NCBI GenBank assembly: GCA_973895155.1 | Contig: OZ316897.1 | Location: 16,441,938 to 16,505,937 of the forward strand | Reading direction: 5' to 3' | DNA from: Marsupella aquatica | Lineage: Eukaryota > Plantae > Marchantiophyta | Length of the DNA stretch: 64,000 nt | In this document: piece by piece, positions 51,661 through 64,000 of the stretch | Layout of the letters: each line of letters begins with the position of its first letter | Position numbering within the stretch: the stretch's first letter is position 1 | Notes under the pieces: model-generated | Databases searched by the model: none | Seen by the model: only the letters and a program-made list of their open reading frames with translations | Told to the model about the DNA's origin: nothing | Made by a program: the position numbers and the translations under genes

Positions 51661-54278
51661 AGAAGCATCATCTGCTCACAGCGTGGGCAGTCCAGGGTGT
51701 GGGGAGCTAGTTACTTGGTATGCCATGGATTCCCTCGCTCACCGTGGTTGTCACCATCTTCCTGTTGGGATACATTGATAAACCCTTTGTACATCTGAAT
51801 TGGAATGTGGACAATGGGGTGCATGCTTGTCTACTTGAATCTAAGCTTGGATGGCCTGACAAAGTCAGGAGGGGCTTTCTCAAAATATATGATGTTGAAA
51901 TAGATTTGCATATCACCTTGTACACTTTCAACTCGAATGTGACCTGTAAATTGTCTCTTGACAATATGTAGTCTGTTTCAGTTAATGTTAGTATACATGA
52001 AGTTTTGTAGCATCATTAGTTAGTGCTAACCTCTAACAAAGTTTAGTGTTATTCTTGTGAGGAGTACTTAGGGTGTTCTAAGTAAAGTTCGAAGTAAAAT
52101 CCATCCCCAATGCAACAAGTTTCTTTTCCTTTTCAATGTGAACTGGCTGACTACTGTATTCAGTCCATGGGGATGGGCAGTGACTAAGTGTTGGTCCATC
52201 CAACCTTTGGTTTCTTGTCTACTCCGTAGTCACTATGTAATCCCAGATCACAAAATGTAAATAGTTATGAAACTTTTGGGTCCTACCCACAAAATATTTA
52301 GGGTTTACTTAATATGAAACCTCCAAAGGATTTTGTGATATAAGTTTTCAGAATATTTCTATGCATATTGACAGTAAACACTCAGGTCTCAATCACTTTA
52401 AGCTCAGATGGACTTGCAGGTTGTTTCTAACAACTCCCATGGACTGACTAAGGTGAGAGTAGACTTTCGCACGCAGCCAAGCAGCAACCGGCTCAACTTT
52501 GGATGGATTTTACACTTAATTTCAGTAACCCTTTGGCATTTTAGTTTGCGGCCCAGTAGGATGTTTGTCTTTGAGGATCTCTTGTGCTAGTGTTAGTTGG
52601 TTTTTTGGTCTTTTTTTTAGAGACTTTTTCACTGTTTGACCCCTTTGGTCTTCTTCCTTTGATCTTCTTGAGGCTATTTTCCTTTCCTTTATTGGGTTGC
52701 TTTGCTTTGGGACCATGTCTCCCTGCTTGTGGTTTTTGTTGTTCAATTGTGTACAAGTTTAGTGATGGCCTTTGCCGTTCTCGATCAGGGCCTGCGCTGA
52801 ACCACTCCTACCTAAAACCCCGGTCCTCAACACACCAGACGTTGCCCAACAATGGCCCCGCTGTCAAAAAGAGAGCTACGAAGGCACTGGCGATGGATGG
52901 ATCGTTGGAATTCTGAATTCTTTGCTATTCAGTTCACTTTTCGCGTTGTGTGTGGTAGTCAGGTGTTGGATGATCCATTTGAATTCGTCCAATTACAGAA
53001 TTCAGAATCAGATTCATCCTGCAGAATTTGTTCGCAGAATGTGATCGACTTGATCTAACTCTAATTTAGTGCTATTGCTGCAATTCAGTGGTCGGCTTCA
53101 TCAACATAATTCGTCCAGCACAATTCACCCCGCACAAATCGATGAATGGATCCAGCTTTAGTCTCGCTTTAGTGTGCGATTCAGTGAGAACAGTCGGCGT
53201 AGTCCAGCCTTTTATACTCGAACAAAAATTAATTTATGTTCGCGCTGATCGAGATGGCATTAAGGTACGTACTGTACTTCTTGATCGGCCTGCACACTTC
53301 GTACGAACTCTTCTTACGACGCTGCTGTGATCTATGATATCGAGATGGCCAAACAAACTACTGTAGAGGTGGGCATCCCCTGGTTTTCAATGTCCTAGTC
53401 TAGCCCAGATCATCCCAGAAATTCCATTGGCGTGAGCAGGTTCGGAATCCTGCATCTCATTGAACCGTAATGCTTTCTTAGTCAACTCAGAAGTGGCGAC
53501 CGACCTGTGTTCCCGGCCGTGAATGTAATTGCCGACGAATCCTCATCGGGCTCGTCATCGGATAGATTTGGTCTTCGATCGATGAGGTGTTTGTGCACAG
53601 TCCAAGTTCAGCAATTATGATGACTAACGTAGCATCGTTTATTTGGCACATAGAGATCTACTTTATAATTCGAACATTTTGCAAAACTAGTGGTTGCCGC
53701 AATCTTCACCTATTTTTTCTTGATGTCTTTCCCCAGACAACCTTTGTCAATTTGAGACAGACTCACCCAGATTCGGGATTTAGGGAAAATCCCAAAGAAG
53801 TATCCAGAAGGTAGACAATTTTCAGTGTGAGATATAAATTAACTGAGGGGGCACACCACACAGCTTACACAATTCAATCTGACGTGGCATACAGTTGAAA
53901 ATCTTTGAGTTGTGGATATTGAAATGTTCGCAACTGCGTCCTTTGCCCCATGCGTCCTGTGCCCCATGTATGTATGGTAAAGTCTCTACAATTGTACTTT
54001 ACATGTATCATCCGGTCCAAGTAAAGTGGACAAATTAGTTTTACTTTTGTGCATGACTAAGCTGTGATCGGGACACGCCAGCCCTTTGATGAGTTCTATG
54101 TGCGTTACATTCTAGTTACTATGGATCACCTAGTTCCGAGTAGGAACCCACTGGGGCTGTTCTAGCCGACGAAGACTTACCAACCTAAAGTTTCTCCTCA
54201 GAAGACACCATTTATACAAATACATCTGTCGACAGGCTTCCCCAATCTTGGAAGGATGAAGAGAGAGTACTGACTTTT

Positions 54279-54974
54279 CTACCACTTGACCTTGCAGTTC
54301 CTACTGTTTAGCTGAGATCCGGTAGCTTTGGTCAAGTCGACAGTAAGGTCACAGGTGACCTTCACCTTAATCTTGGGCGACTTGATGCTGCCCACCTTGA
54401 CACGGGCTTTCACGTCCACGTTGGCATTGACAGGTAGGTTCGAGATGTTTTTGGCGAGGAGGTTGAGAGTGTCAGAACTCAAAGTCACATTCTGAGAGCT
54501 AAGGACCTGAGTGATATACGTGGTGTTCTCGTGGCCCTGGTAAAACGATGGAATGCTTCCGCCGCCAACGCTAATACCATAAGCCTCCAAATCCACATTG
54601 ATTTCGTCGTAATAAATGCCCATGTGCTTGTTGGGATTGTAGGCCTTGATTTCGAATGTGATGTTGGTGTTGATAGTCGTCGAAGTTGGGGACAGACCAG
54701 CGATACGGACGTTCTCTACGTCGAACTGGGGTGCTTTCGGATGTACCACGAGCCAGAATACCAAAACGGTAATGCCTAATGCGATCACTAAGACCACCAT
54801 GATGCTACACAGCCATGTCAGAAAACAGCAGCATCCGCTGCGACCGCGCCGACCTCTTCGGTATGTTGCAGGAGACGGGAGACCCTGTTCCTTGACGTTG
54901 TAGTACGATCCTGGTGGAGGAGGTGCTCTGTCGAACTCTCCCGCATTGGGATAGATTCTGCCGGCCTGAGCCAT
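54279..54974 (-). CDS. NDR1/HIN1-like (NHL, LEA_2 domain) membrane protein, 231 aa
   Basis: RIYP..PPPPGSY, basic patch, CCC, a TM helix, HPKAPQFDV, NPNKHMGIYYD, PSFYQGHENTT; first ATG at 54974. Confidence 0.92.
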   Translation of the reverse strand: MAQAGRIYPNAGEFDRAPPPPGSYYNVKEQGLPSPATYRRGRRGRSGCCCFLTWLCSIMVVLVIALGITVLVFWLVVHPKAPQFDVENVRIAGLSPTSTTINTNITFEIKAYNPNKHMGIYYDEINVDLEAYGISVGGGSIPSFYQGHENTTYITQVLSSQNVTLSSDTLNLLAKNISNLPVNANVDVKARVKVGSIKSPKIKVKVTCDLTVDLTKATGSQLNSRNCKVKW

Positions 54975-57199
54975 GTCCGCTTTCTCTGTGTCCTCAGAAA
55001 ATATTTGCGCTGAAGCTTCAACCTGCTGTGTAACCTCCACTCCTCTCGGATTCAGACAACTTCCCAACTCAAACTTTGATGAAGTAGTTCACCAGACTAG
55101 TTTTGGGGAAACCGCAAATAGGATGTTCCATCCAACCGGTGTCGAGGAGTCTGAACTTACTCTACCAATTTGCTAGAACTCGACGTCTGCTCTCGATATC
55201 CTTCTCGGGGAGCTAGCTATTTGTCCTTCCAAGTTTCCAAAGCTTCAAATCAACGCAATACTCTACTTGCCGGCAGACTTCTTTCTCTCTGATGGACGGC
55301 AAACTGACGATATTTGTAGTGGTCAAAAATTGAGGAGAGGGGCATTGGCGCATTGGCGCATGCGTGTTGATCGACCTGAGGGGACCGCGTACTCCACAGG
55401 AAACGCGCCAGTTTGATCCGGTAGGTGGTGGAGGTGAGATTTAGGAAAGGCGTTGACGAGTTCCTGATGCGCCATGCTTTTGCGAATCACGGGAGCACAA
55501 TGATGACTAAGGGGGGCTTTACAAGACCTTGGAGGAATGGAGGTCTCTTTTTCTTCTCGATTTCTTCACGTGCAATTCAAATGTGGGAAAAGGACAGATT
55601 TCACTTTACGTGAACTTGGGCCACAATCTAGCAAAACCACTCCTAGTCGCCTGCTAGTGGGCCCTGTGGGTCCTTTTTTGGGGGGCTGTGCCCATGTTTA
55701 TTTATCAAAAACTTACCTCTTGGGTGGTATGACGAAAATGATGCTGCCATGGACCACTCTTGGTGGTATGAAGAAAATGATGCTCCCATGTACCACAAGA
55801 TTGGTTTTCTGAAACCCCCATGGAGCACATTTCTCAAACTTTGAGTTTAATCAGAATAACCTGATATTCATAAATTCAACCATATTTTTAGTTTTGAGTA
55901 TGTGCTAGAGGAGTAGGTAAGCGACACGTCCATCAAAGTGACAGTGAATCTTTATCCATCTGGTTGTGAGTTATTCATCATGAAATGGGGAGGGATAAAT
56001 CCTATTGGATTAATTTTCATTCTATTAGTATGAAATATTTGGGTTTGTGTTTTGTAAAGTCTCCTCCTTCTCTAGTTGCCTTGCAGGCCCAAAACTTAAC
56101 AAAATTGAAGGACTCATAATCATCAAACTATAAGCCCAAAACTCAATGACCACCAAAATGTGATACACTGAGCACTGTGTCCAACATAATTAAGATATGA
56201 AGAAATGAAGAAATGAAAGCAACCATTATACCAAACAAACAGGCAACCAAATATCTAGGGAGGCATAAACCTAGACAGGGAAAAAGTTGTGGACCAGGTG
56301 AGCCCTCTTAAAAGGGAAATCCGGAGATGTCTATGTGAAGGTAACCCTCAGTCAATTGCATGGTGTTGCAAAAGTCTAAAGCACCAGGCCAGGGACACCT
56401 CTCACGAGTCAAACTCAACTTGGTGGAAGATATCCTGAAGACATTATTTAATATGAAGTCCAATTGTCCGCTGTTGGTGGAAGAGTACATGCCAAAAGCC
56501 AATCAATCATATACAACCTGATTTGGTGAGAGCACTACACTCCAAGGAGGTATCAAAGAAGGCCTGCTAATTAATATTAATTATGTCCAAGGCTAGGTAG
56601 AAACAAAGCCCCAAATACCTTGAGTGAGATAGCCTCAATTCATAGCTATTTAAAGTGAGGAAGTTAAACAAACCCATAGGTGCGATATCAGCACATGGTT
56701 GCCTCTGGCCCTGTCAATTTACTAGAGAAATCAAAAGCATGATACTACAGTCCTCAGTCTTGGTTTACCTTTCAAGCCTTTCATATCACTTCAAGAACTT
56801 TTTTCATTTTCTGACTGCTAGGTTATCTTCAAAATTTGCATCACTTCGCTCTCTCGTTAGTGGGCTGCTATCGTGTAATTTCTGCATCTATGTGGTACGT
56901 TTTGACTGTATAATCAATGGATATTAAAACTTAATGGCACTCCAGTAGGGACGGCTCAATGTCCCTACTTGAATGTAGAGGTTTGGCACATAGTCCAATT
57001 GGTGCCTCAATCTAGCTGAAACTTGTACAGAGGAACTATGCTGTCGTGCAACTGACGGCTTTATACAATCTTAGAATCTTAGTGGGGACCACATGCGAAA
57101 AGGCACACATCCGCTCCAAATTATGGTTGAGACTTCATTGGAATCCAACAGTTCCAAAGCTGGTAAAGGGGCCTACATGTTTATCTTGGAACTTATTTC

Positions 57200-58700
57200 T
57201 AGTTTTCGTCGTGTAGCAATCTTTGACTATCTCAAATGTTCATATTAAAAAATTGCTCACAAGGAAAGGAGCCTTGGTTACCGGTTTGGGTTTGAGTCCC
57301 AATCTTGGGGACCGGCAATGAAAGAATGGGACAGAAGCTCAACAAGGGGGTAGCAAAGATCGACGAAGGGAAGCTGGTGGGCAGCTGGCTCAAGCAGGGA
57401 CCATTGGCCAAATCCAGGGAGGGAGCACGGTGACTGAATTGGTAGTAAGAGCTCATTCTTAGGAATACAAAATATTACACCCCAATAAGTCACATTTCAA
57501 ATTGAATAAGTGTAAATTCACTACAACAGGCCATAAGATATAATCTCTAAAGGAATTCAGACAAATCCAGACATAAAACACTATCGTCTTCCATTTACAC
57601 TGAGTTAGTAAAGCTTATTTAGTTGCCTGGATCATGAAATTAACTCCAACTTGTTTTAGGGAGTGCACATTCAAGTTAACCAACTCAGATTTTGGTAAGT
57701 TACTGTTGTGGATCGATGCCATTTCTGTTGCATTGAACTTTCCCTCACGTGTACAAGTGGACTCATTTGGTTGGAGGCTCTTTAACTTGTTGTGTAAACT
57801 GTTGTTGTCCAAGTGAACACCACCTTGTCAATGTCAAATTGTTTGATCAGTTACTTAAAGTGCCTGCTAGGAGTTTAAGCAACTCTTTAATACCTTTAAG
57901 CTATGAATTTAGAGAATGAGTTTTTGCTGAAAAGGCAGTTGCCAGGGTTTATGGCACCAATCTGCAGAAAAAGTTGGAGTCTCCACCCGATCAACTTCAG
58001 GGCCTCCATCTTGTTAGGTTATGCCTCTAGTGTAACCTGTTCACTTCCATAGTACTAGTTAGGCTTTAGCAGACTAGGATATCATTCACTCATTTGAGTT
58101 TCAAGTTCCCATAAACCATGGGATGGGGTATACCCAAATGTGTGCTCACATTTGAGAGTTTAGTTTTCTGTGTGGAGGGAGGGTGCGAGAGATCAGGTTA
58201 TTGTGGAGCTAGGCTATGGTGGATATAATTATTGCTATGTTCACATTGATACTTTCTCACGGCCATGGATGTAGCCCAGCCGAGGTGAACCATGTACTCT
58301 CTTTGTAGGTGTTGATTCATTGTGTATGCTGGTTCCTTTGTTATCATGCTGTCCAACTAGATCCCCAACACATCTCCGTTGTTACAGGTTTACAGGTAGA
58401 ACAAGCTCACTGCCAAAGGCTGTATGCATTGTTGTAACATACAACAAGTAAAAGAGTTGCCTAATCCCTCTATTGGTTCAATCTGAAAGGCTCTGTATGC
58501 ATTTAATATAAAAGGTTGGTTAATCCTTCTAGCTTAGTGCCATCCTAATATAGTTTGCCAAAAAAAAATTAAAAATTAAAATTTTGGACCTGACTAACTG
58601 AATTGGGTGATGCAAATTTAGAGGGAATCTCCAAAAACCATTTTGGATGCAAACTTTTGGAATATTCATAGCATTTGGATGTAGACACTTTTGCTTTGAA
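57200..58700 (-). mobile_element. Very degraded LINE RT relic, interrupted by a solo LTR
   Basis: Scattered minus-strand peptides NRGIRQ, NLPKSELVNL, LNKALLTQCKW. Confidence 0.35.
58012..58370 (+). mobile_element. Solo LTR (Copia-like), 359 bp
   Basis: TGTTA...CAACA with perfect 5-bp TSD CATCT (58007-58011 / 58371-58375); TGGATGTAGCC...GAGGTGAACCA motif. Confidence 0.88.
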
Positions 58701-58719
58701 TATTCTAATTGCTTTTGGA

Positions 58720-59180
58720 GATTCTGCTCTGTATTCTTGCAATCTGACTCACATTTACTTCCTTGGTCTGTTCCACATGCACTGTTGGAAATATAGAGCA
58801 CGAAAGGTCAGTGGTCTGTTCTACCTATACTAGTGGGCTATGGAAGAGGTCATTGCTCAATTTTTGCAGCTGTACTCTGTATTCTTGCACGTTTGATTCA
58901 CAATTACTCCCTTGGTCTGTTCTACATACACCGTTGGGTTGTGTGGAGAAGGGAAGTCCTTGGTCTGTTGTACGTATTGTAGTGGGCTATGGAGAGAAGT
59001 CCTTGGTTTGTTGTACAGTCAGCACAGTAATGGGTAACGGGGTTATGGAGTTCAGGAACAGGTCCTTGATAGGTCCTTGATCTGTTCTACGACGGCACTG
59101 TAATTGGTAATTGGGTTATGGAGAGAAGGAAAGGTAGGAAGATGAAGAGAAGGAACAGATACTTGTTGTGTTCTATCGTT
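58720..59180 (+). repeat. Degenerate tandem repeats upstream of ADF
   Basis: Recurrent CCTTGGTCTGTT and GGG(C/T)TATGGAGA cores. Confidence 0.6.
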
Positions 59181-59448
59181 TTACATACGGTACTGTAATG
59201 GGTATTTGCGTTGTGGAGAGGAAGAAAAAGTAGGAGCAACAGATGTCTTGAGAGAAAGCGATCTCTATCCACATAAGCAGCTAAGGCGACAGTAAGAAAG
59301 TAGCAGTCCCATGCACACATTGTCGATTCAGAGAGTCGGTGACAGGTAGCAAGGGAGGTTAGCAAAGAAGAGTAGAGCAGGATCGACAGTAAAAGCGTCG
59401 ATCGCCGTTCGCATCTTCAACGAGAGAGCGATTCTAGAGATTCTAGCC

Positions 59449-59871
59449 ATGGCACACGCTGCATCTGGAGTGCGTGTAAGCGACGAGTGCAAACTGAAGT
59501 TCGTGGAGTTGCAGAGGAAGAAGACGTACAGGTACATCATCTTCAAAATTGACGAGAAGGCACAGGAGATCATGGTCGAGAGGACTGGAGCTCCTAACGA
59601 AAGCTACGACGCGTTCGCCTCGTCTCTTCCTGAGAATGAACCCAGATTTGGAGTCTTCGATCTCGATTTCGTGGGTGAAGACGATCGCCCACTAAGCAAA
59701 ATCTTCTTCATAGCGTGGTCTCCAGATACAGCCCGAGTGAAGGCTAAGATGATGTACGCTAGCTCCAAGGACCGATGCAGGAGGGAACTGGATGGTATCC
59801 ACTACGAGGTGCAGGCCACAGATCCGACCGAAATGGATGTTGAGGTCATCAAGGAGCGGGCCAAAAAATGA
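59449..59871 (+). CDS. ADF: Actin-depolymerizing factor (ADF/cofilin), 140 aa, no coding intron
   Basis: MAHAASG (Ser6), KKTYRYIIFKI, SKIFFIAWSPDTARVKAKMMYASSKD, RRELDGIHYEVQATDPTEM. Confidence 0.96.
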   Translation: MAHAASGVRVSDECKLKFVELQRKKTYRYIIFKIDEKAQEIMVERTGAPNESYDAFASSLPENEPRFGVFDLDFVGEDDRPLSKIFFIAWSPDTARVKAKMMYASSKDRCRRELDGIHYEVQATDPTEMDVEVIKERAKK

Positions 59872-60026
59872 GTTATATGGTTCATTTCCCATGGTCTGGC
59901 TCTACTAAGCTATGCTCCCTGATCACAATTCAATTGGTGACAAGGTGGCCAGAAAATGAGTTATAGGGTTCGTTTTTCATTGCCTGGCTCTACTATGCTG
60001 CACCCGCAATCTCTTATCAAAGACGT

Positions 60027-60133
60027 ATATTCTCGTGGTGTGATTCCGCATCTAATGTTACTGGGAAGTCCATCTCTCATTAGAAGACCTATATTCTCGT
60101 GATGTGATTCCGCATCTAATGTTACTGGGAAGT
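60027..60133 (+). repeat. Direct duplication of about 44 bp in the ADF 3' region
   Basis: TATATTCTCGTG(G/A)TGTGATTCCGCATCTAATGTTACTGGGAAGT twice. Confidence 0.85.
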
Positions 60134-61020
60134 ACAGTGAGTGGGCGGACGCATCCTTTTGTTATTTGGTTTGGTTAGAGCAGATGGCTAGGAGACAGTT
60201 TTGAGGCGGGAAAATCGCATGTATTCACACCGCGATAGTGTGGTCCTGCAAGAGATTCAATTGGCTTTCTAGACTAGCGCAGGATTTTGCTAGAAATGTT
60301 TCGTAAATTTGTATTATAGATTGATTGGAGGCCTTATTTGAGTGACGTTTGTCGGATTCATTAGAGAGTACTGTACTTAACCCTAATCCGCTGAGGTTTT
60401 TAGAGCCTCCTTTTCTTAGAACTGTAATATTTCTTGGTTTTAAATTAAATCACGGTGACAGAAATCATGGACACGAAATGTCACTTCTTCATGGATGTTT
60501 TCACTTAAAATGTTTCCTTTCACGTTGCGTTCTCGTAACGGGGATCACGTCTTGCCTTTCGATTTGTGCGGACACATCTGTGATAGTCCTGTTAAATCAT
60601 TGCTACAAAATACATGCAGCGGACTGAGCCTCGAGTGAGGGAAGTCCATCATTTCCAGTATTATTTTTAGGTTTTGGGTTCTGGTATTAAGTAAGCAGAA
60701 CGCTATATCCAGAGGAAATGCTTGTCAGATTCATAGCGGCAGTGCTTATGAAAAAGGGATCAACTAATCAGTTCTCGGTCAAACTCTCCTCTCGATTTTG
60801 CGTATCGCATCCATCTCAAATCTCTAAACAAGCTGTTGGTTTTAGGGCTCTAACTTTCAACTATGAGCTTCTGAAGATCCTTCAGCATGTCTCAGCATTC
60901 AATATATTGTGTAAATGAGGTTAGGTATCATACGAAAGCTATTATCTCCAGTACATAATACCTACGAAAGCGGTAAGCCGTTCCAATGGAAGCCCTTTCT
61001 CTTGTTAATCAGCTTCGTGG

Positions 61021-61259
61021 GCAATCTTCGTTTGCCAAATCAGTTCAATCAGACAGAGATGCTCAGTAATCTGAAAACAGTTCAAAGAACCATTTTCTTG
61101 AAGCGCATGACAGCTACTGAAATTACAGAATCAGCATGCAATCTTCATATGCCAAATCAGTTCAAATCAGACAAACAGAGATGCTCAGTAATCTGAAAAC
61201 AGTTCGAACAACCATTTTCTGGAAGCCCATGACAGCTACTGAAGTTACAGAATCAGCAT
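61021..61259 (+). repeat. Tandem duplication of about 120 bp
   Basis: GCAATCTTC...GAGATGCTCAGTAATCTGAAAACAGTTC...TACAGAATCAGCAT twice. Confidence 0.9.
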
Positions 61260-62797
61260 CCATACTCAATTTCATGTTGCTCACGAATGTACATTAGGAC
61301 GTTCCAGCGAGAATGATTGATTGTGTCACAATCATAGTGCCTGAGGAAGAGTGACGTCAACGATTGAAAATGAAATGGAAATGCACAATTCGGTAGCCGA
61401 ACTAACCCACTAAAAACACCAAGTCGAATGTGGGATTGTTTTGGAACCATAAGGCTCACGAGAGGGATGCCTTCCCTCCAGGAACAACCTTTTGTGCAAA
61501 GCTTCCTGAATATGAAACGAGTTTTGCACTGCGAATTGGTGCGGGAGCAAACACCTAGACAGTGGTTGTGAACACAAATGTAGAGCTAGAAATTACCTCC
61601 AGAGAGAAGCAATGAGCATGATTTTCTCAACAAGAATTGGGCACAGCGCTGTGATCTGGTGGGCCCGTCTAGGGTAGAGAAAATGTGCTGAAGTACCTTG
61701 AACGCTAAAGCAGGTGAACCCAACGTCCAATGTAGGACTCTTGTCGTTCTAGTTAGTCCTGGCCGAGGTTCAATGAAGTTTATAAACCATCAGCTAGTCC
61801 AAGGAAGACTTTTGCACCGTTCAGAGGATACACATTTTCCATGTAAGCTGGTAGTTTCTTAGGACAGGTTGCATGTCGCTCCAGCGGTTCGATTTAAGCC
61901 TTTTCCCTTTACATCCAGATGCTCCTCGACATGATATCAATGAAGACCGAAGGACAATCCCATGTCCGGAATGTGGGCACAGAATATTTGAAAAACCAAA
62001 ATAGTGATCAGTAGCTGCCACACCTTCGAACCCACACACCCTGCGTCCCCACACCTTCGCAATTCTCATCAATCTGTACTGGCATTGCAAAACGAGCATA
62101 AAGTACAAGCACCAAACTCATCACGATCTGGTAGATCAGGAGTGGCACTATGTTTTTAAACTCCGCAGTACCCTGTCAATGGAGAAAGTAACTGTGCGCA
62201 GAGCAATACCCCTAGAAAGGAGCTTGAAGTAAGGCAACGAAGAGAGAAAATCTTATCAGGTACCTTCTTCCCCTACACTGCAGACATCCGTTTTCATCGC
62301 AATCATTAGAGCTTCGCTGAATCTGTAGATATGATGGACATTTTTCTAGGCAGGCAGGGGGCCATGAAGCCGCTGTGTACTCAGCTCCCTTCGCGGGATG
62401 ATGACGCATAGAAGTGGACAAGTGCCTATGTCTAGACTACGAATGGGCTTTCTTACTTCGCACCCAAACCTAGTTTCCAGTCGTCCTCCACTCTGTCGAC
62501 AGCCAACCGTGTGGAAGTTCTCTCATCTCTAATCACAAAATTTCATGATGAACTACTCTGCAGAGGGACCAATGTGCAGGGAGAAACTTTTGCTTGACAA
62601 ATGATAGCAGCGGTTGCAGAAAACCTGCAGGCGACGGAATGCACAATCACAGGCCAAACTCTGTTGAGCAACATGAACCACATTGACTTCACTCCATGTC
62701 AATGCACTTTTCGATCAGCCGGCAATCTAGGTCGAAATTATCAGTTTCGGTTCTTTGACCAAAACCCATTGACCGCAGGCTAGATCTCCTCGACCCT

Positions 62798-63235
62798 TCA
62801 TGATTCCATGACAAGCCCAGGCTGTGCACTGGGAGGAAAAGCAACGGACACATTATTGGAGAAAGGTGGGCAGTAATCTATCCTGCAGTACTCCATGGTG
62901 GCCTCCCCGAACTGTGAGCAGAAGTCGGCCCTACTATACGTCCACCCGCACCCGGCACTGACCTCGTCCTCCACTTCGTGACAGCAATTACTGTCCCAAC
63001 TGAAATCCATCCCCGAGCATTTCCAGAGACGTTCTACGACTGAGGCGTAGTCAAAGCAGAGCGCATCGGCGACACTGGTGTAAAAGTAGAGCAGGCTCAC
63101 CAGCACGGCGAACGCACACGCCCCAATCACCAGGCACCAAGTGAACCACGGCCGCCGATTCAGAATCATCTCTCTTGCAGTGGCCACAAAAGGAGCTACC
63201 GCGCTGCACACACAGAGGATCAACGGGTAATCCAT
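62798..63235 (-). CDS. Unknown Cys-rich protein with an N-terminal hydrophobic helix (possibly the first exon of a longer gene)
   Basis: 145-aa ATG ORF, GC-rich; TM-like WCLVIGACAFAVLVSLLYFY then 8 Cys including a CC pair. Confidence 0.5.
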   Translation of the reverse strand: MDYPLILCVCSAVAPFVATAREMILNRRPWFTWCLVIGACAFAVLVSLLYFYTSVADALCFDYASVVERLWKCSGMDFSWDSNCCHEVEDEVSAGCGWTYSRADFCSQFGEATMEYCRIDYCPPFSNNVSVAFPPSAQPGLVMES

Positions 63236-64000
63236 TCATACAATAATGGATTACTCAAGAACCACACTTTCTCTCCGGGTCAGCTGCAGATCGAAAATGC
63301 GTCTCCCTACTACTCTACCAGCATCTCCAGTACAGCAGTAAACCCTGAATCCTTACAGTCAGAGAGAGCACGCGTCAATGGCCGATACGTAATCTGTCGA
63401 TACATTTTGAAGCCGCAAACCTCTTTTGCAAAAAGGAGAAGAAGATGCGTTGAAGCGAGGTGACGATGAAGAAAAGTAATTCTCTTGCACTTTCGTCGAG
63501 GGAAAGCCAGAAGCGTGTCCATCACGCAACAGACTACACCAGGAGTGAATGTCGAAAGGTGGTCGCTGTGAAATTAGTGGGAGCTGCATCTTGCCGCCGC
63601 GTCGGAACACTTACTGATGTAGCGAAAGACCCTCCCGAGATTCGATGACCGCATGAACCCCACGCCGAGTCCCTGACCCATGGCAGACACGATGTCGATG
63701 AAAATTGGGGGAACGAGTCAAACTGGACAAGAATTCTGAGCTTTTTTCAAAGTAGCAAGTCTATGTGGCGCATGTTCTTCCCCCACCGGTCCAACGATGA
63801 ATTATTTTTTGGAGCAATCGGAATATCGAATGGTGGAGATCAAACGTGATGGTAGTGATTGCATCAAAATGTGGATTCACGATGAAGGTGAGTTCTGGTG
63901 GAAGAAAGGAAAAAAACGTGGGTAGTGTGCTCAGAGAGTCACGTAGGGGTCCATTTAGAGTATCTCTGGTTGTTTAGGGGTCAATGAACTCCACACCCAA

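Noticed and set aside
54975-55067. 31-aa N-terminal extension of the NHL protein
   Set aside because: Non-ATG start; ATG 54974 gives a typical NHL N-terminus.
1-64000. tRNA, rRNA or other structured RNA genes
   Set aside because: None recognised by eye; tRNAscan-SE and Infernal would be needed to exclude them.

Overview
Eukaryotic land-plant genomic DNA (spliceosomal GT-AG introns, plant-type genes; a non-seed plant such as a liverwort is my guess, unverified), rich in transposons. Host genes: a 10-exon anthranilate synthase alpha gene whose last exon is interrupted by a CACTA-type MITE; three copies of a divergent histone H2B variant with an AT-hook-like N-tail, in a triplicated unit; an NDR1/HIN1-like (LEA_2) gene; an intronless ADF; an unknown Cys-rich membrane ORF. 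The most interesting structure is an 8,568-bp PIF/Harbinger-class DNA transposon (34783-43350; perfect 18-bp TIRs, AAT target duplication). Besides the usual DDE nuclease and Myb/SANT-like genes it carries a third, apparently intact gene resembling the zinc-binding C-terminal OB fold of RPA70. It sits inside a LINE ORF1 that can be rebuilt in frame by removing it and a second MITE. Also present: a MITE family with 4-bp TSDs, a MULE, three solo LTRs, Gypsy and LINE relics, minisatellites and several DNA-repair scars. All calls come from manual reading and motif recall; no database search was run.
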